Source: an uncultured delta proteobacterium (GTDB taxonomy: Bacteria; Desulfobacterota; Syntrophia; Syntrophales; UBA2185). From it: a DNA stretch of 64,000 nucleotides. The notes beneath the pieces are model-generated. The model searched no databases. It was not told the origin of the DNA and worked only from the letters and a program-made list of their open reading frames with translations. The stretch spans positions 512,001 through 576,000 of the forward strand of contig CAVSPA010000005.1 of assembly GCA_963729715.1 (NCBI GenBank). Direction: 5' to 3'. This document shows, piece by piece, positions 21,501 to 30,012 of this stretch (position 1 is its first letter; every line of letters begins with the position of its first letter). A program made the translations under genes and the position numbers.

Positions 21501-22854
21501 ATTCCATTTCCAGCCCCATCGCCTCTTTTGCAGCCTCCTCAAGGAATGAGCCCGTACCGGCGCTACAGGCGTCATTCATGGCATAGTCTGATGGTACACC
21601 ATTCTTTATATATGTATATTTGGCATCCTGACCGCCTATCTCAAAGATCGTGTCTACAGTATTATCGAAAAATAATGCCCCTGTGGCATGCGCGATAATC
21701 TCATTTATTATGCCGCCAGTCATGGCATGCAATCCTGCTATCTGCCTGCCCGAGCCTGTTACACCCAATCCAACAATTCTTATTTTCTCTCCAAGTTCGC
21801 CCAGCCGGTCATACAGATCGGCGTAGCATTCTCTTGAGGCCTGGACAGGATTCCCTTGAGTACGCAGGTACACTGAGGCCAACACCTTGTCATCATTCAA
21901 TCTGAGAATAACCGCCTTCGTCGTCGTTGATCCGACGTCAAGGCCGATAACACACATGTCATTCTCTTGGGCTATCCCCGTCTCTGCTGTTTTGAAATCT
22001 ACCATACGGGCCGTGCTATTAAGGGGAGGCAGTAAGGAGAAGGAGTCCCTGCCTTTCTTAAAGATATTTTCCCTTTCCGGTAGTTTTATCGTTTCGTTAT
22101 TGAGAGCCCACAATGCCGATCCCAGGGCTTCGAAGTAAGGGGCCTCTTCCGGGACAATCAAATTTTTTATCTCTTTCTTGAGATAGCCGATCATCATCGA
22201 ATTCTGCGCAGTTCCCCCGATAATCATGATGTCGTTCCTGGGAATCTGTTTGATAATTTCGAGGATTTTACCTGCCATCATCTTGCAGAGCCCGGCAGCA
22301 ATCCTCCCTTTCGGCACACCTTTGTTTGTCGCATGCGTACAGTCACTCTTGCAGAATACGCTGCAGCGCCCTGATACCTTATAAGGTTTTTCTTCGTTCG
22401 TAAGGTACGCGGCTTCATTAATGGACATCCCTATTCTTCGCAGCTGCTGAAGGAAAAACTCCCCTGTCCCCGACGCACATTTGTTCCCCGTCTGAACCGA
22501 GCAGATTCTTCCATCCTTTCCCAGGACGTAGACCATGAAGGTTTCGCCTCCGGCGCTGATAATGGCATCGAGGTTCTGCCCTTTGCCATCGAAGAAATAA
22601 AGCGCAGATTCGACTGCTTCCGGCTCGGAAATGGATGAAAGATTCACGGAGTGCCTGAATTTTCTTCCCGTTATGGCAATTCTGTCACACACGCTCGAAT
22701 CTAAGTTTGCGAGCGTTTCAAGCAGCGCCTGCCGAGGATTGCTATTATGAGGCCTGACGCTTATGGATGTCTTATGGACGTGATTATCTCCGTCCCTGGT
22801 AAGACCGACTGCTGACAATGTTGATGCACCTATACAAATACCAAGACTCTTCAA
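18577..22854 (-). CDS. Large fused CoA-substrate-specific enzyme activase (2x BcrAD/HgdC-type ATPase plus DUF2229-type domains)
   Basis: KCASGTGEF, RCSVF, GLDVGSTTTK, EIGGQDAKY, CSAGTGSF, NFSCGPDS, GPCRFGQY, GPFGCMP. Confidence 0.88.
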   Translation of the reverse strand: MKSLGICIGASTLSAVGLTRDGDNHVHKTSISVRPHNSNPRQALLETLANLDSSVCDRIAITGRKFRHSVNLSSISEPEAVESALYFFDGKGQNLDAIISAGGETFMVYVLGKDGRICSVQTGNKCASGTGEFFLQQLRRIGMSINEAAYLTNEEKPYKVSGRCSVFCKSDCTHATNKGVPKGRIAAGLCKMMAGKILEIIKQIPRNDIMIIGGTAQNSMMIGYLKKEIKNLIVPEEAPYFEALGSALWALNNETIKLPERENIFKKGRDSFSLLPPLNSTARMVDFKTAETGIAQENDMCVIGLDVGSTTTKAVILRLNDDKVLASVYLRTQGNPVQASRECYADLYDRLGELGEKIRIVGLGVTGSGRQIAGLHAMTGGIINEIIAHATGALFFDNTVDTIFEIGGQDAKYTYIKNGVPSDYAMNDACSAGTGSFLEEAAKEAMGLEMESIGGMAIKGQEPPNFNDQCAAFISSDIKNASHEGMTREDIVAGLVYSICMNYDNRVKGNRPVGNNIFMQGGVCYNRAVPMAMAALTGKRIVVPPEAGLMGAFGVALEVKRMLELNLLKEKEFSLKELRDRTIEHGEPFTCNGGKEKCDRKCEVARIRIEGKTYPFGGACNKWYNQRFNIHFDTGNLNLVKLHEGLVFQKYIPQSEEPGVKENSKTVGINKSFLVNSYYPLYYRFFSRMGFRVLVSDISEQEGVDRQRAPFCYPAEISHGYLQNLLRKKPDYLFLPHVKGAYVENGCKQGITCPLSQGEPYYLPSAFKDTEILRNLSKEGKIITPVIDFSGGYEKAESVFVSMAKKLGRGKNLAHRAFSEAVEVQKSVHREMKATGLWFLRDLEKNPDRFAVVVFGRSYNAFVPEANMGIPHKFASRGVPVVPFDFLPLDEEAIDDNMYWSTGQSILKGASFVERHPQLFGCYITNFSCGPDSFLVGYFRHIMRGKPFLILELDSHVADAGLETRIEAFMDIIKNHRELQKFRSDIPAPYYSLPPAAHFDHRKQEFIDSRGTGYPFHHPRIHLVFPSMGRFLNDATSAVFRSIGIRASVLPPADDEVLKLGRGNTSCKECLPLLLTAGSLLKYLKDRDRSEELLVYFMPTASGPCRFGQYSPFISQLIARNGIEDVALFSPQAENSYTEIGGNEFTLKLWSCLVVADIMQDIYSVLLTNAVDKESALEIYDQETKKLIGVFEHAPNFRDLRRTLMIVADNFRKIRLTRQVHDTPAILLTGEIFVRHDDLSRQFLVEKLAEHGFVTKVSSVVEWVYYTDWCFEKGLSAATPNIRERFSLLLRSAWMRNYEKTFKKIMERSGLYTYKLDDVDHLISKSRHVINPELTGEAVLTIGAALAEILHRYSGVIAIGPFGCMPNRLSEAILSREMGTELPFLAIESDGNLFPQVITAKLEVFMLQALRLHEQMSESYRKGDS

Positions 22855-23035
22855 TTTTCCAACCCCGAATAATTGTAACGGCTACAGGAACATGCAATCG
22901 ACTTCTTCTTGAACCCTGCTCTCTTGTCAGGAAGAGAAAGACCCCGTGGGCAATGGGATAAATCTTAGCAAAACAACTCTTCGCTTAAGACTTAGCCCCT
23001 TATTGGAAATGATCCACTCGGTCATACTAGCTGCT

Positions 23036-23063
23036 ATAATATACGGCTCTTCTCTTTTGTCAG
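23036..23063 (-). promoter_or_regulatory. Candidate sigma70 promoter for the activase gene, -35 altered by the IS200 insertion
   Basis: Empty site reads T|TGACA-16nt-TATTAT. With the IS present the -35 reads CTGACA. Confidence 0.45.
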
Positions 23064-23691
23064 TAAACTACCACCGACCTTGTCGGTGGCTTTCTTGAAG
23101 GACGACAACTCCTGACAATGTCATTCGCTGTCGTCCCTCCATAACCCAAGCTGCTCTTCTCGCATCTGATCTTCTACTTGCTCTTTAACATATTTCTGAA
23201 TGGTGGCGCTGTCGATTCCCACAGTGCTCACAAAATAGCCCCCGGCCCATATATGCAGCCCCCAATACTTTTTGCACAATTCAGGAAAATCCCTACGCAG
23301 ATACTCTGCACTTTTTCCTTTGAGGATCTTCATTACATGGGCCGGAGAATATTTCGGAGGAACTGAAAGATACATATGCACGTGATCTGAACATATCGCT
23401 CCTTCTATAATTGTGACGTCAAGCCAGTTGCATAACTCCACCAACAGCTCCTTTAATCTTGGCTTGATCTCTTTCACCAGCACCTGATAGCGGTATTTCG
23501 GAACCCAAACGAAGTGATACTCACATCGGTAAATTGCATGAGATGATTTGTTGTATTCTTCCATACCCTTGCCTCCTATGGATACGTTACAACAAATCCT
23601 ATCTGCTTATCAACATTGTTGATGCGCTAAAGGTGTGGGGCCTCCGCCCCCACGCCCCACCACTGACTATGTCAGTGGTTTTGAGAGATAA
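23063..23691 (-). mobile_element. IS200/IS605-family insertion sequence, tnpA only, 629 bp
   Basis: LE hairpin CCACTGAC-ATA-GTCAGTGG follows a TTTAT target. RE hairpin CCACCGAC-AAG-GTCGGTGG is followed by TAGTTTAC. Ends defined by comparison with the 61784-61975 element. No target duplication. Confidence 0.9.
23121..23564 (-). CDS. tnpA: Y1 HUH transposase
   Basis: YHFVWVPKYR, DHVH (HUH), LKGKS, WAGGYFVSTVG, KYVKEQ (catalytic YxxxQ); AGGAGG RBS. Confidence 0.96.
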   Translation of the reverse strand: MEEYNKSSHAIYRCEYHFVWVPKYRYQVLVKEIKPRLKELLVELCNWLDVTIIEGAICSDHVHMYLSVPPKYSPAHVMKILKGKSAEYLRRDFPELCKKYWGLHIWAGGYFVSTVGIDSATIQKYVKEQVEDQMREEQLGLWRDDSE

Positions 23692-23717
23692 ATAAACTGT
23701 GAAAAATTTGTTGTCCC

Positions 23718-24584
23718 TTAATCCGACAGCTTGAGTGGCTTCCGGGTTTTCTTGTTATCTAAGATAACATTATCTCCCTGGTCTTCTCTCTTCACGGGAT
23801 TAGTTAATTGACCAATTCTTTCTATTTCTATGGTCACAACATCACCGTCCTGAAGGTATATGGGAGGCTGCCTGGTAAAGCCGACGCCTTCAGGCGTACC
23901 GGTCAATATTACCGTGCCGGGCAGCAGCGTCATGGACCTCGAAAGATCACTGATGATTGTGGGAACGTCAAAAATCATATCACAAGTATTTGAATCTTGT
24001 ACAGTTTTACCATTTAATATGGCGCGGATACGGAGGCTCTGGGGATCTGGAATTTCATCTTTTGTGATGAGATAAGGTCCGAGTGGACAGAAAGTATCGA
24101 AACTCTTTCCCCTTGCCCATTGCTTTTTCTGCTTTTCAATCTGCCAATCCCGAGCACTAACATCGTTGGCGCAAGCATAACCTAAAATGGAGTCCATCGC
24201 TTCAGAGCGGGATATGTTCTTGACCGTCTTTCCTATGATGACGGCGAGTTCCGCCTCGTAGTCGACATTTTCGGAGCCTGCTTGCGGAAGGAGAATGGGC
24301 GACATATGTCCAATGACGCTGGTTGTCGCTTTAAGAAATAAGATCGGTATATCGGGATAAGAGACGCTCGTCTCGTCGGCATGTTGCCTGTAGTTTAGTC
24401 CCAATGCAAGTACGTTGCACGGATAAACGGGGGGAAGAAAGCTCACAATTCTTGCTAATTTCGACGTGACCTCAAAATCCCCGAACAGGTCTCCCCTGAT
24501 AACCAGGGCCTGGTTCTCCAGTTCCGGCTCGTATAGTCCGCACATTTCATGGTTTTCATCAGAAAGAAAGCGAATGATTTTCAT
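23718..24584 (-). CDS. Fumarylacetoacetate hydrolase family protein
   Basis: GLNYRQH, VDYEAELAVIIG, NDVSARDWQ, GKSFDTFCPLGP, LTGTPEGVG. Confidence 0.93.
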   Translation of the reverse strand: MKIIRFLSDENHEMCGLYEPELENQALVIRGDLFGDFEVTSKLARIVSFLPPVYPCNVLALGLNYRQHADETSVSYPDIPILFLKATTSVIGHMSPILLPQAGSENVDYEAELAVIIGKTVKNISRSEAMDSILGYACANDVSARDWQIEKQKKQWARGKSFDTFCPLGPYLITKDEIPDPQSLRIRAILNGKTVQDSNTCDMIFDVPTIISDLSRSMTLLPGTVILTGTPEGVGFTRQPPIYLQDGDVVTIEIERIGQLTNPVKREDQGDNVILDNKKTRKPLKLSD

Positions 24585-24934
24585 AGTTCGTCTCCTTGAG
24601 CATTTTTTTTGATCATGTCCTTCTCTTTTCTCCGCATGCGGAGAAAAAATAGAAATTCAGAAACGCATAAACGCCCTGCGATTTTGATTTTTGGCAGAGC
24701 AACTATTTGCGCTTCCATTTACATTATGTTAACATTCATTGCAATTACATTGAGGGCCTTGCTAAGCTGTTTCAGCATCTTTACCAATCATAACAGAAAT
24801 CTGGTCTGGAGGCAGGTCTATTGTGAACCGAGGCTCATTCAATCAGCCAAGATAAGCGACCCCATGATTAGCAGTGTTTTCGAAAGCATCCCTGTTCGAG
24901 TTAACCGCCGCCATCTTCTTCTCACGAGGGCATT

Positions 24935-25720
24935 ATGATTAATGCCATAGAAAAAATAGGCACAACGACGATAAATGTAACTAAGACGTTCCGCGATACC
25001 CTTTCTTTCGCCTTCATTATCATTCTGAAGATGTTTACCAAGAACTCATACAATAGTGCGACGAGGCAGGTCCTCATTCACCAGATATATTTTACTTCTG
25101 TGCAGATCCTGCCGCTATTCATAGGCATTTCTGTCATATTCGGCACCCTCCTCATGGGTATCGTTCTCCAAATCATAAAAACCCTCGGCCTTGCCGAACA
25201 CATGGGTCGCATAATCATGGATCTAGTTGTTACGGAATTGGCACCCTTTGTGACAGTGCTCCTGATCGCCCTCCGTTCCAGTTCTGCCATAAATGCAGAA
25301 ATTGCCGTGATGAAGGTGAACAAGGAATTGAACACGCTGGATAAATTCAATATCGACGTGGTCGATTACCTCTTTTTACCAAGGGTTATAAATGGCGTTT
25401 TATCCGTTGTTTTACTGAGTGCTTTTTTTTCTATACTGGTCTTGACGAGCGGCCTATTATTTTCAAAGCTGCTCTTCGGCTTGAGTTTGGAATCCTATTC
25501 AAATGTTTTATTAAGTTCAGCCAATTTTTATGATATAGTAATATCTCTTGTAAAATGTTGTACATTCGGCTTTTTCATTACATTAATCCCCATACGCTTC
25601 GGGTTACGTGCTACAAATGATCTCACAAGTATACCGATATCTGTTCTTAACGGCATGGTCGATGTCTTTATCGCAATTATTTTCATTGAGGTGTTGTCAT
25701 TAATTCTAATCTTCATTTGA
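24935..25720 (+). CDS. MlaE-like ABC permease (MCE system)
   Basis: ELAPFVTVLLIALRSSSAINAEIAVMKVNKEL...YLFLPR; multiple TM segments. Confidence 0.88.
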   Translation: MINAIEKIGTTTINVTKTFRDTLSFAFIIILKMFTKNSYNSATRQVLIHQIYFTSVQILPLFIGISVIFGTLLMGIVLQIIKTLGLAEHMGRIIMDLVVTELAPFVTVLLIALRSSSAINAEIAVMKVNKELNTLDKFNIDVVDYLFLPRVINGVLSVVLLSAFFSILVLTSGLLFSKLLFGLSLESYSNVLLSSANFYDIVISLVKCCTFGFFITLIPIRFGLRATNDLTSIPISVLNGMVDVFIAIIFIEVLSLILIFI

Positions 25721-26178
25721 GGCTGTTTGAAGATGAAGTCACTCTCGACAAGGGTCTGAATGACTTCACCGAGAAACATAAAAAAACCCTGGGGCTTGTT
25801 TCGCTGGATGTGCCGCTCATCTCGAACCTAGATGTTTCGGTTAATATCGCTCTCATCAAGCAGTATCATGAGAATTTATCCGCAGATAAAGCACAAAAGC
25901 TGGTTCTCAGCTATCTTACACGATATAGTTTAGAACATATTTCTAATAAGCGAAATCCCGCCTTGACCAATAGGGAGCGATTTTATGTGATGCTCTTACG
26001 GGCCGCAATGGTTAGAGACTCTATTGTTGTTATTGATAGACCTTTTACTATTATACCAGACGTACAGGATGATCGATTTATATATGATGCTTTGAAAGTT
26101 GTTGATGATTCATTTAAAGAATGCCATATATTTGATTATCTATGGTCGAAAGACAGATACGGGATGATCCCCGTTTGA
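25717..26178 (+). CDS. Truncated, degenerate MlaF-like ABC nucleotide-binding domain
   Basis: Q-loop region remnant PLISNLDVSVNIAL, signature remnant LTNRER..VMLLRA, Walker B remnant IVVIDRP. No Walker A. Start overlaps the permease stop. Confidence 0.65.
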   Translation: MRLFEDEVTLDKGLNDFTEKHKKTLGLVSLDVPLISNLDVSVNIALIKQYHENLSADKAQKLVLSYLTRYSLEHISNKRNPALTNRERFYVMLLRAAMVRDSIVVIDRPFTIIPDVQDDRFIYDALKVVDDSFKECHIFDYLWSKDRYGMIPV

Positions 26179-26261
26179 TGGTTTGTTAGGTCGAAGGATG
26201 AGCATCTTCTTTACTTTTTCCTGAGCAGTCCTTCTTTAGTGAAGTTACTTACGAGAACACC

Positions 26262-27176
26262 ATGCTTAAAAGAGTTGAATTCAAAGTTGGTTTGTTTGTA
26301 GTACTCACATCATTATTGATCATCACGTCCATAGCTTATCTGGCTTACAGCAAAGGTTTCTTCACAAAAGAATATATTTATACGCTCTCATCAAAATCCG
26401 GTGAGGATCTGACTGAGGGAGTGCCCGTCGTGTTTTCCGGATTTAAGATCGGCAAGGTGGAAGCATTAGAATTAAATGATGAGGGAATACTCCTCATAAA
26501 AATAAGGATACCGGAACAACATGTAAAATGGATCAGATCAGATAGCAAATTCAGCCTGTATAAGCCGCTCATAGGTTCTGCCCGGCTTATCGTCACTACG
26601 GAGAATTTGAATAGCCCGCCTTTGTCGCTAACGGCTATCCCCGAGATGACGATGGTCAGTGACATCAACGAGACGATAAAAAGAGTCCAGCCGACTCTGG
26701 ATAAGGTGGATAAGGTGGTCGCACATATTGAAAGCATTACGGCGAACCTTGCTGACCCTCAGGGAGATGTGAATAGAATTCTGAGGCACTCGGAGAGACT
26801 TACGGAAAATCTGGCGAAAAAAGACACGCTTCTCGAGATGGCCCTCGGATCCAAGGAGGGCGTTCAGTCTGTTAATGAGTCTCTCAAAAAAGTTAGAGAT
26901 ATCCTTGTGAAGGCGGATGACCAGATGTACGGCCAAGACGGCGTCCTGCCCTTAGTCAGGACGATCCTCAAGGACGTTATTGTAAAGCTCCAAAAGATGA
27001 ATGCGGCTGTCGATAATGTCGTAAAGATCAGTGCTGATACAGCTGAATCGACAAAAGATTTGAAGGTGTTGAGAACAGAGATCGATACAACCGTCAATTC
27101 GATCGGTAATCTCGTCAATGAGATTGATAAGAAAATCCCTTTTAAGAAACAACCGGAAGTAATAAATCTCCCATGA
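26262..27176 (+). CDS. MlaD/MCE-domain protein with long helical C-terminus
   Basis: KVGLFV TM anchor, LTEGVPVVFSGFKIGKV, IRSDS. Confidence 0.9.
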   Translation: MLKRVEFKVGLFVVLTSLLIITSIAYLAYSKGFFTKEYIYTLSSKSGEDLTEGVPVVFSGFKIGKVEALELNDEGILLIKIRIPEQHVKWIRSDSKFSLYKPLIGSARLIVTTENLNSPPLSLTAIPEMTMVSDINETIKRVQPTLDKVDKVVAHIESITANLADPQGDVNRILRHSERLTENLAKKDTLLEMALGSKEGVQSVNESLKKVRDILVKADDQMYGQDGVLPLVRTILKDVIVKLQKMNAAVDNVVKISADTAESTKDLKVLRTEIDTTVNSIGNLVNEIDKKIPFKKQPEVINLP

Positions 27177-27838
27177 AAAGAATCGTTTGCCTGTTGGCGC
27201 TCAGTTTCTTGCTCGTTGGCTGCGGCTCGTCAAAGCCGGTGCCCGAGTGGATAGATGCCTCCTTTAATCAACTCGATAACTATAAGAAGAGCTACTTGAG
27301 CGGTAAGGAACGCATTGCTGAAGCATATTTTAATGAGGCCGTTGATGAGATCAAGAGCAGTGGAGATCTGGAAATACTCGCCCGGGCATATCTTACAAAA
27401 TACGCTTGCCAAGTAGCCGTCCTGGAGGCATTTGATGACAGGGAGTACCTGAGGATAGATGCCGTCGAACCGGTCTCGCAGAACAGGAACTTTTATGGCT
27501 TCCTGAAAGGCACCTTTGATAACGTCGATGAAAACCAATTGCCGCAGCAGTATGAGGGTTTCTTGAGGGCATTTAAAAGCGGCAAGAAGGATAACGTTGC
27601 TCGTGAAATTTCAAGAGTGGATAACCCCCTGTCAAAACTAATTGCGATTGGCCTCCTTGTTAAAAAGAATAAAGATGATCAAATAGATTTGAAACTTGCC
27701 ATCGATATTGCATCACAGAATGGCTGGAAAAAAGCTCTCGTGGCCTATCTCGGCAGGCTTCAATCCTTTTACAAGACGAACAATGAACTGGACAAGGCTG
27801 CTCACGTGGCGGAAAGAATTAAGCTCATCGAGAATTAG
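27173..27838 (+). CDS. Lipoprotein associated with the MCE operon
   Basis: Lipobox LVGC; start overlaps the MCE gene stop. Confidence 0.75.
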   Translation: MKRIVCLLALSFLLVGCGSSKPVPEWIDASFNQLDNYKKSYLSGKERIAEAYFNEAVDEIKSSGDLEILARAYLTKYACQVAVLEAFDDREYLRIDAVEPVSQNRNFYGFLKGTFDNVDENQLPQQYEGFLRAFKSGKKDNVAREISRVDNPLSKLIAIGLLVKKNKDDQIDLKLAIDIASQNGWKKALVAYLGRLQSFYKTNNELDKAAHVAERIKLIEN

Positions 27839-27965
27839 CAGAGCCTAAAAAGATTTCAAACAAGTCTTCGATGCAAGAATTTCGTTGGCACACCGGAGTA
27901 AGCGCGGAAACCATACAGTACACACGAACTGACGCTCATTAGATGAAAATATGGGAGGATAATTG

Positions 27966-28334
27966 ATGGTAGAGGAAACAACGAAGAAAGAGCACAGGAA
28001 GGAAGAAAAATCGTTAGAAAAAATGACGGTTAAGGAATTGAGAGCAATAGCTCTGGAAATTCCGCGCGCCGTGGCAGTGCACGACATGAAAAAGGCGGAA
28101 CTTATAGCTTGTATCAAGGAAGCAAGAGGCATCAAGGATGAGGCGCTTGTCAAGATAAAGAAAAAGGTCGTAGCAAAAATAAAATTGAGCAAGAACGAGA
28201 TAAAAGGAAAGATTAAACAGCTCAAAGAAGAAAAAAAGGCGGCCCAGGCAGCAAAGAACAGAAAGCTAAAAGATATCCTGCGCCGCCGTATAAGTCACTT
28301 AAAGAAACAAACACGTAAATTTGCAGCTGCGTGA
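27966..28334 (+). CDS. Small basic protein with Rho-N-terminal-like helical domain
   Basis: LEKMTVKELRAIA...MKKAELIACI; Lys-rich C-terminus; GGAGG RBS. Confidence 0.7.
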   Translation: MVEETTKKEHRKEEKSLEKMTVKELRAIALEIPRAVAVHDMKKAELIACIKEARGIKDEALVKIKKKVVAKIKLSKNEIKGKIKQLKEEKKAAQAAKNRKLKDILRRRISHLKKQTRKFAAA

Positions 28335-28385
28335 AAATCGGCTGAGGCATGAGAATCTGATGCAGAGCGAACAAGCTGCTGGCTC

Positions 28386-29036
28386 TCAGTTCCTTGTAAT
28401 TCGGGCTTGACGGGTCCAGCTCTTGTTGTTCCACGCAGGATCTATGGCGGGAATTCTCTTCTGGTCAAGGGGATCGAACCCGCATTTCTTTGCGAAGTAG
28501 CGGTGGAACGCGACACATCCGGTCAGTTCAGGATGAAAAACCGTAACCAGGACATTCGGACTTTCCGCTGCGGCAATGTAGTCTTCCATCCGGAGTAATA
28601 CATTCACACCCTCACCTGCCCGTGTGATTTTGGGTGCACGGATGAAGGTGAGTGGTAACAAGTGTGGCGCAACCTGGGGAATGCAGGCTTCTGACACAAA
28701 ACTGTCAAGCTGACTCCCGAAACTGTTGCGTTCTATCTCGATATCGATCAGGCTGAGATAGGCCGGCTCGCCGACTATAGACTTTGCGAGGAGAATTGTG
28801 CCGGCACACGTCCCCCAGATTTTCATCCCCCTCTTGAATTCGCGCAGGATGACCTCTTCAATCCCGAAGATACGCATCAACCGGGACATGCAGGTGCTCT
28901 CGCCACCGGGGATTATCAGGCCGGAAAGTTTGAGGAAATCGACGGGGTCTTTAACGGGTATGCAAGGGATACCCAAACGTTCAAGATGATCGACATGTTC
29001 GACAACTCCACCCTGAAGATTAAGGACGCCGATCAT
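28386..29036 (-). CDS. pdxT: PLP synthase glutaminase subunit
   Basis: LQG, IIPGGEST, GTCAG, RNSFGSQLDSF, FIRAP, FHPEL. Confidence 0.95.
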   Translation of the reverse strand: MIGVLNLQGGVVEHVDHLERLGIPCIPVKDPVDFLKLSGLIIPGGESTCMSRLMRIFGIEEVILREFKRGMKIWGTCAGTILLAKSIVGEPAYLSLIDIEIERNSFGSQLDSFVSEACIPQVAPHLLPLTFIRAPKITRAGEGVNVLLRMEDYIAAAESPNVLVTVFHPELTGCVAFHRYFAKKCGFDPLDQKRIPAIDPAWNNKSWTRQARITRN

Positions 29037-29040
29037 ATAT

Positions 29041-29922
29041 TTACCATCCCCGACCGGCTAATAGCTGCCCTTCCGGAATTTCGGCTATCTCAAGCCCCGG
29101 CATTGCCTCTCCGAGACCCATGGAGGCTTCCAGCACTTTGGCAGGATCATTGTAATAAGCCGTCGCCTTGACGATCGCCCGGGCGCGTAACGCCGGATTC
29201 TGCGACTTGAATATTCCGGAACCTACAAAAATTCCATCGCATCCCAGCTGCATCATCAGGGCGGCATCGGCAGGGGTCGCAATGCCTCCTGCAGCGAAAT
29301 TAACTACAGGCAACCGCTCCAGTTCTCTCACCTGCAGGGCAAGTTCATAAGGCATGCCATTTGCCTTCGCATAACCGGTAACCTCTTCGACGGGCATGCC
29401 GACCAGCTGTCTTATTTCACGATTCACAGTACGAATGTGACGTACCGCTTCTACGACATTTCCTGTTCCTGCTTCGCCTTTGGTGCGAATCATGGCGGCC
29501 CCTTCGGCTATGCGTCGTAACGCCTCTCCCAGGTTACGGCAGCCACAGACGAAAGGTATGGAAAACTTCGTCTTGTCAATGTGACATTCTTCGTCGGCAG
29601 GAGTTAACACCTCACTCTCATCAATATAGTCGATTTTCAGAGACTCCAAGATTTGGGCTTCAACAAAATGACCAATCCTTGCCTTCGCCATGACGGGTAT
29701 TGATACGGCCTTCTTAATCTCGAGGATCATGGCAGGGTCAGACATCCTGGCGACACCCCCCTGTTTGCGGATATCCGCCGGTACTCGTTCCAGGGCCATC
29801 ACTGCTACGGCGCCGGCTTCTTCGGCTATCGTAGCCTGTTCCACATTGGTGACGTCCATGATAACGCCGCCCTTTAGCATCTGAGCCAACTGAACATTCA
29901 GTTCGTACCTTTTCTTGTCCAC
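29041..29922 (-). CDS. pdxS: PLP synthase lyase subunit
   Basis: [53 protein letters not shown] end. Confidence 0.97.
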   Translation of the reverse strand: MDKKRYELNVQLAQMLKGGVIMDVTNVEQATIAEEAGAVAVMALERVPADIRKQGGVARMSDPAMILEIKKAVSIPVMAKARIGHFVEAQILESLKIDYIDESEVLTPADEECHIDKTKFSIPFVCGCRNLGEALRRIAEGAAMIRTKGEAGTGNVVEAVRHIRTVNREIRQLVGMPVEEVTGYAKANGMPYELALQVRELERLPVVNFAAGGIATPADAALMMQLGCDGIFVGSGIFKSQNPALRARAIVKATAYYNDPAKVLEASMGLGEAMPGLEIAEIPEGQLLAGRGW

Positions 29923-29960
29923 CTTGTTTTGCCTCCTCTGGACTGAATCAAACTATTTGT

Positions 29961-29989
29961 AATATAATATTATCAAAAGGAATAATCAA
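29961..29989 (-). promoter_or_regulatory. Candidate sigma70 promoter for pdxST
   Basis: TTGATT-17nt-TATATT on the minus strand. Confidence 0.45.
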
Positions 29990-30012
29990 GGGTGATGAAT
30001 CAAATTCGGATA

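Noticed and set aside
23063..23691. TnpB/IscB (OMEGA) nuclease or a RAYT/REP system
   Set aside because: No room for a RuvC ORF inside the element. The protein has classic IS200 TnpA motifs and defined IS ends with a target, and only two end-sets occur rather than dispersed REPs.
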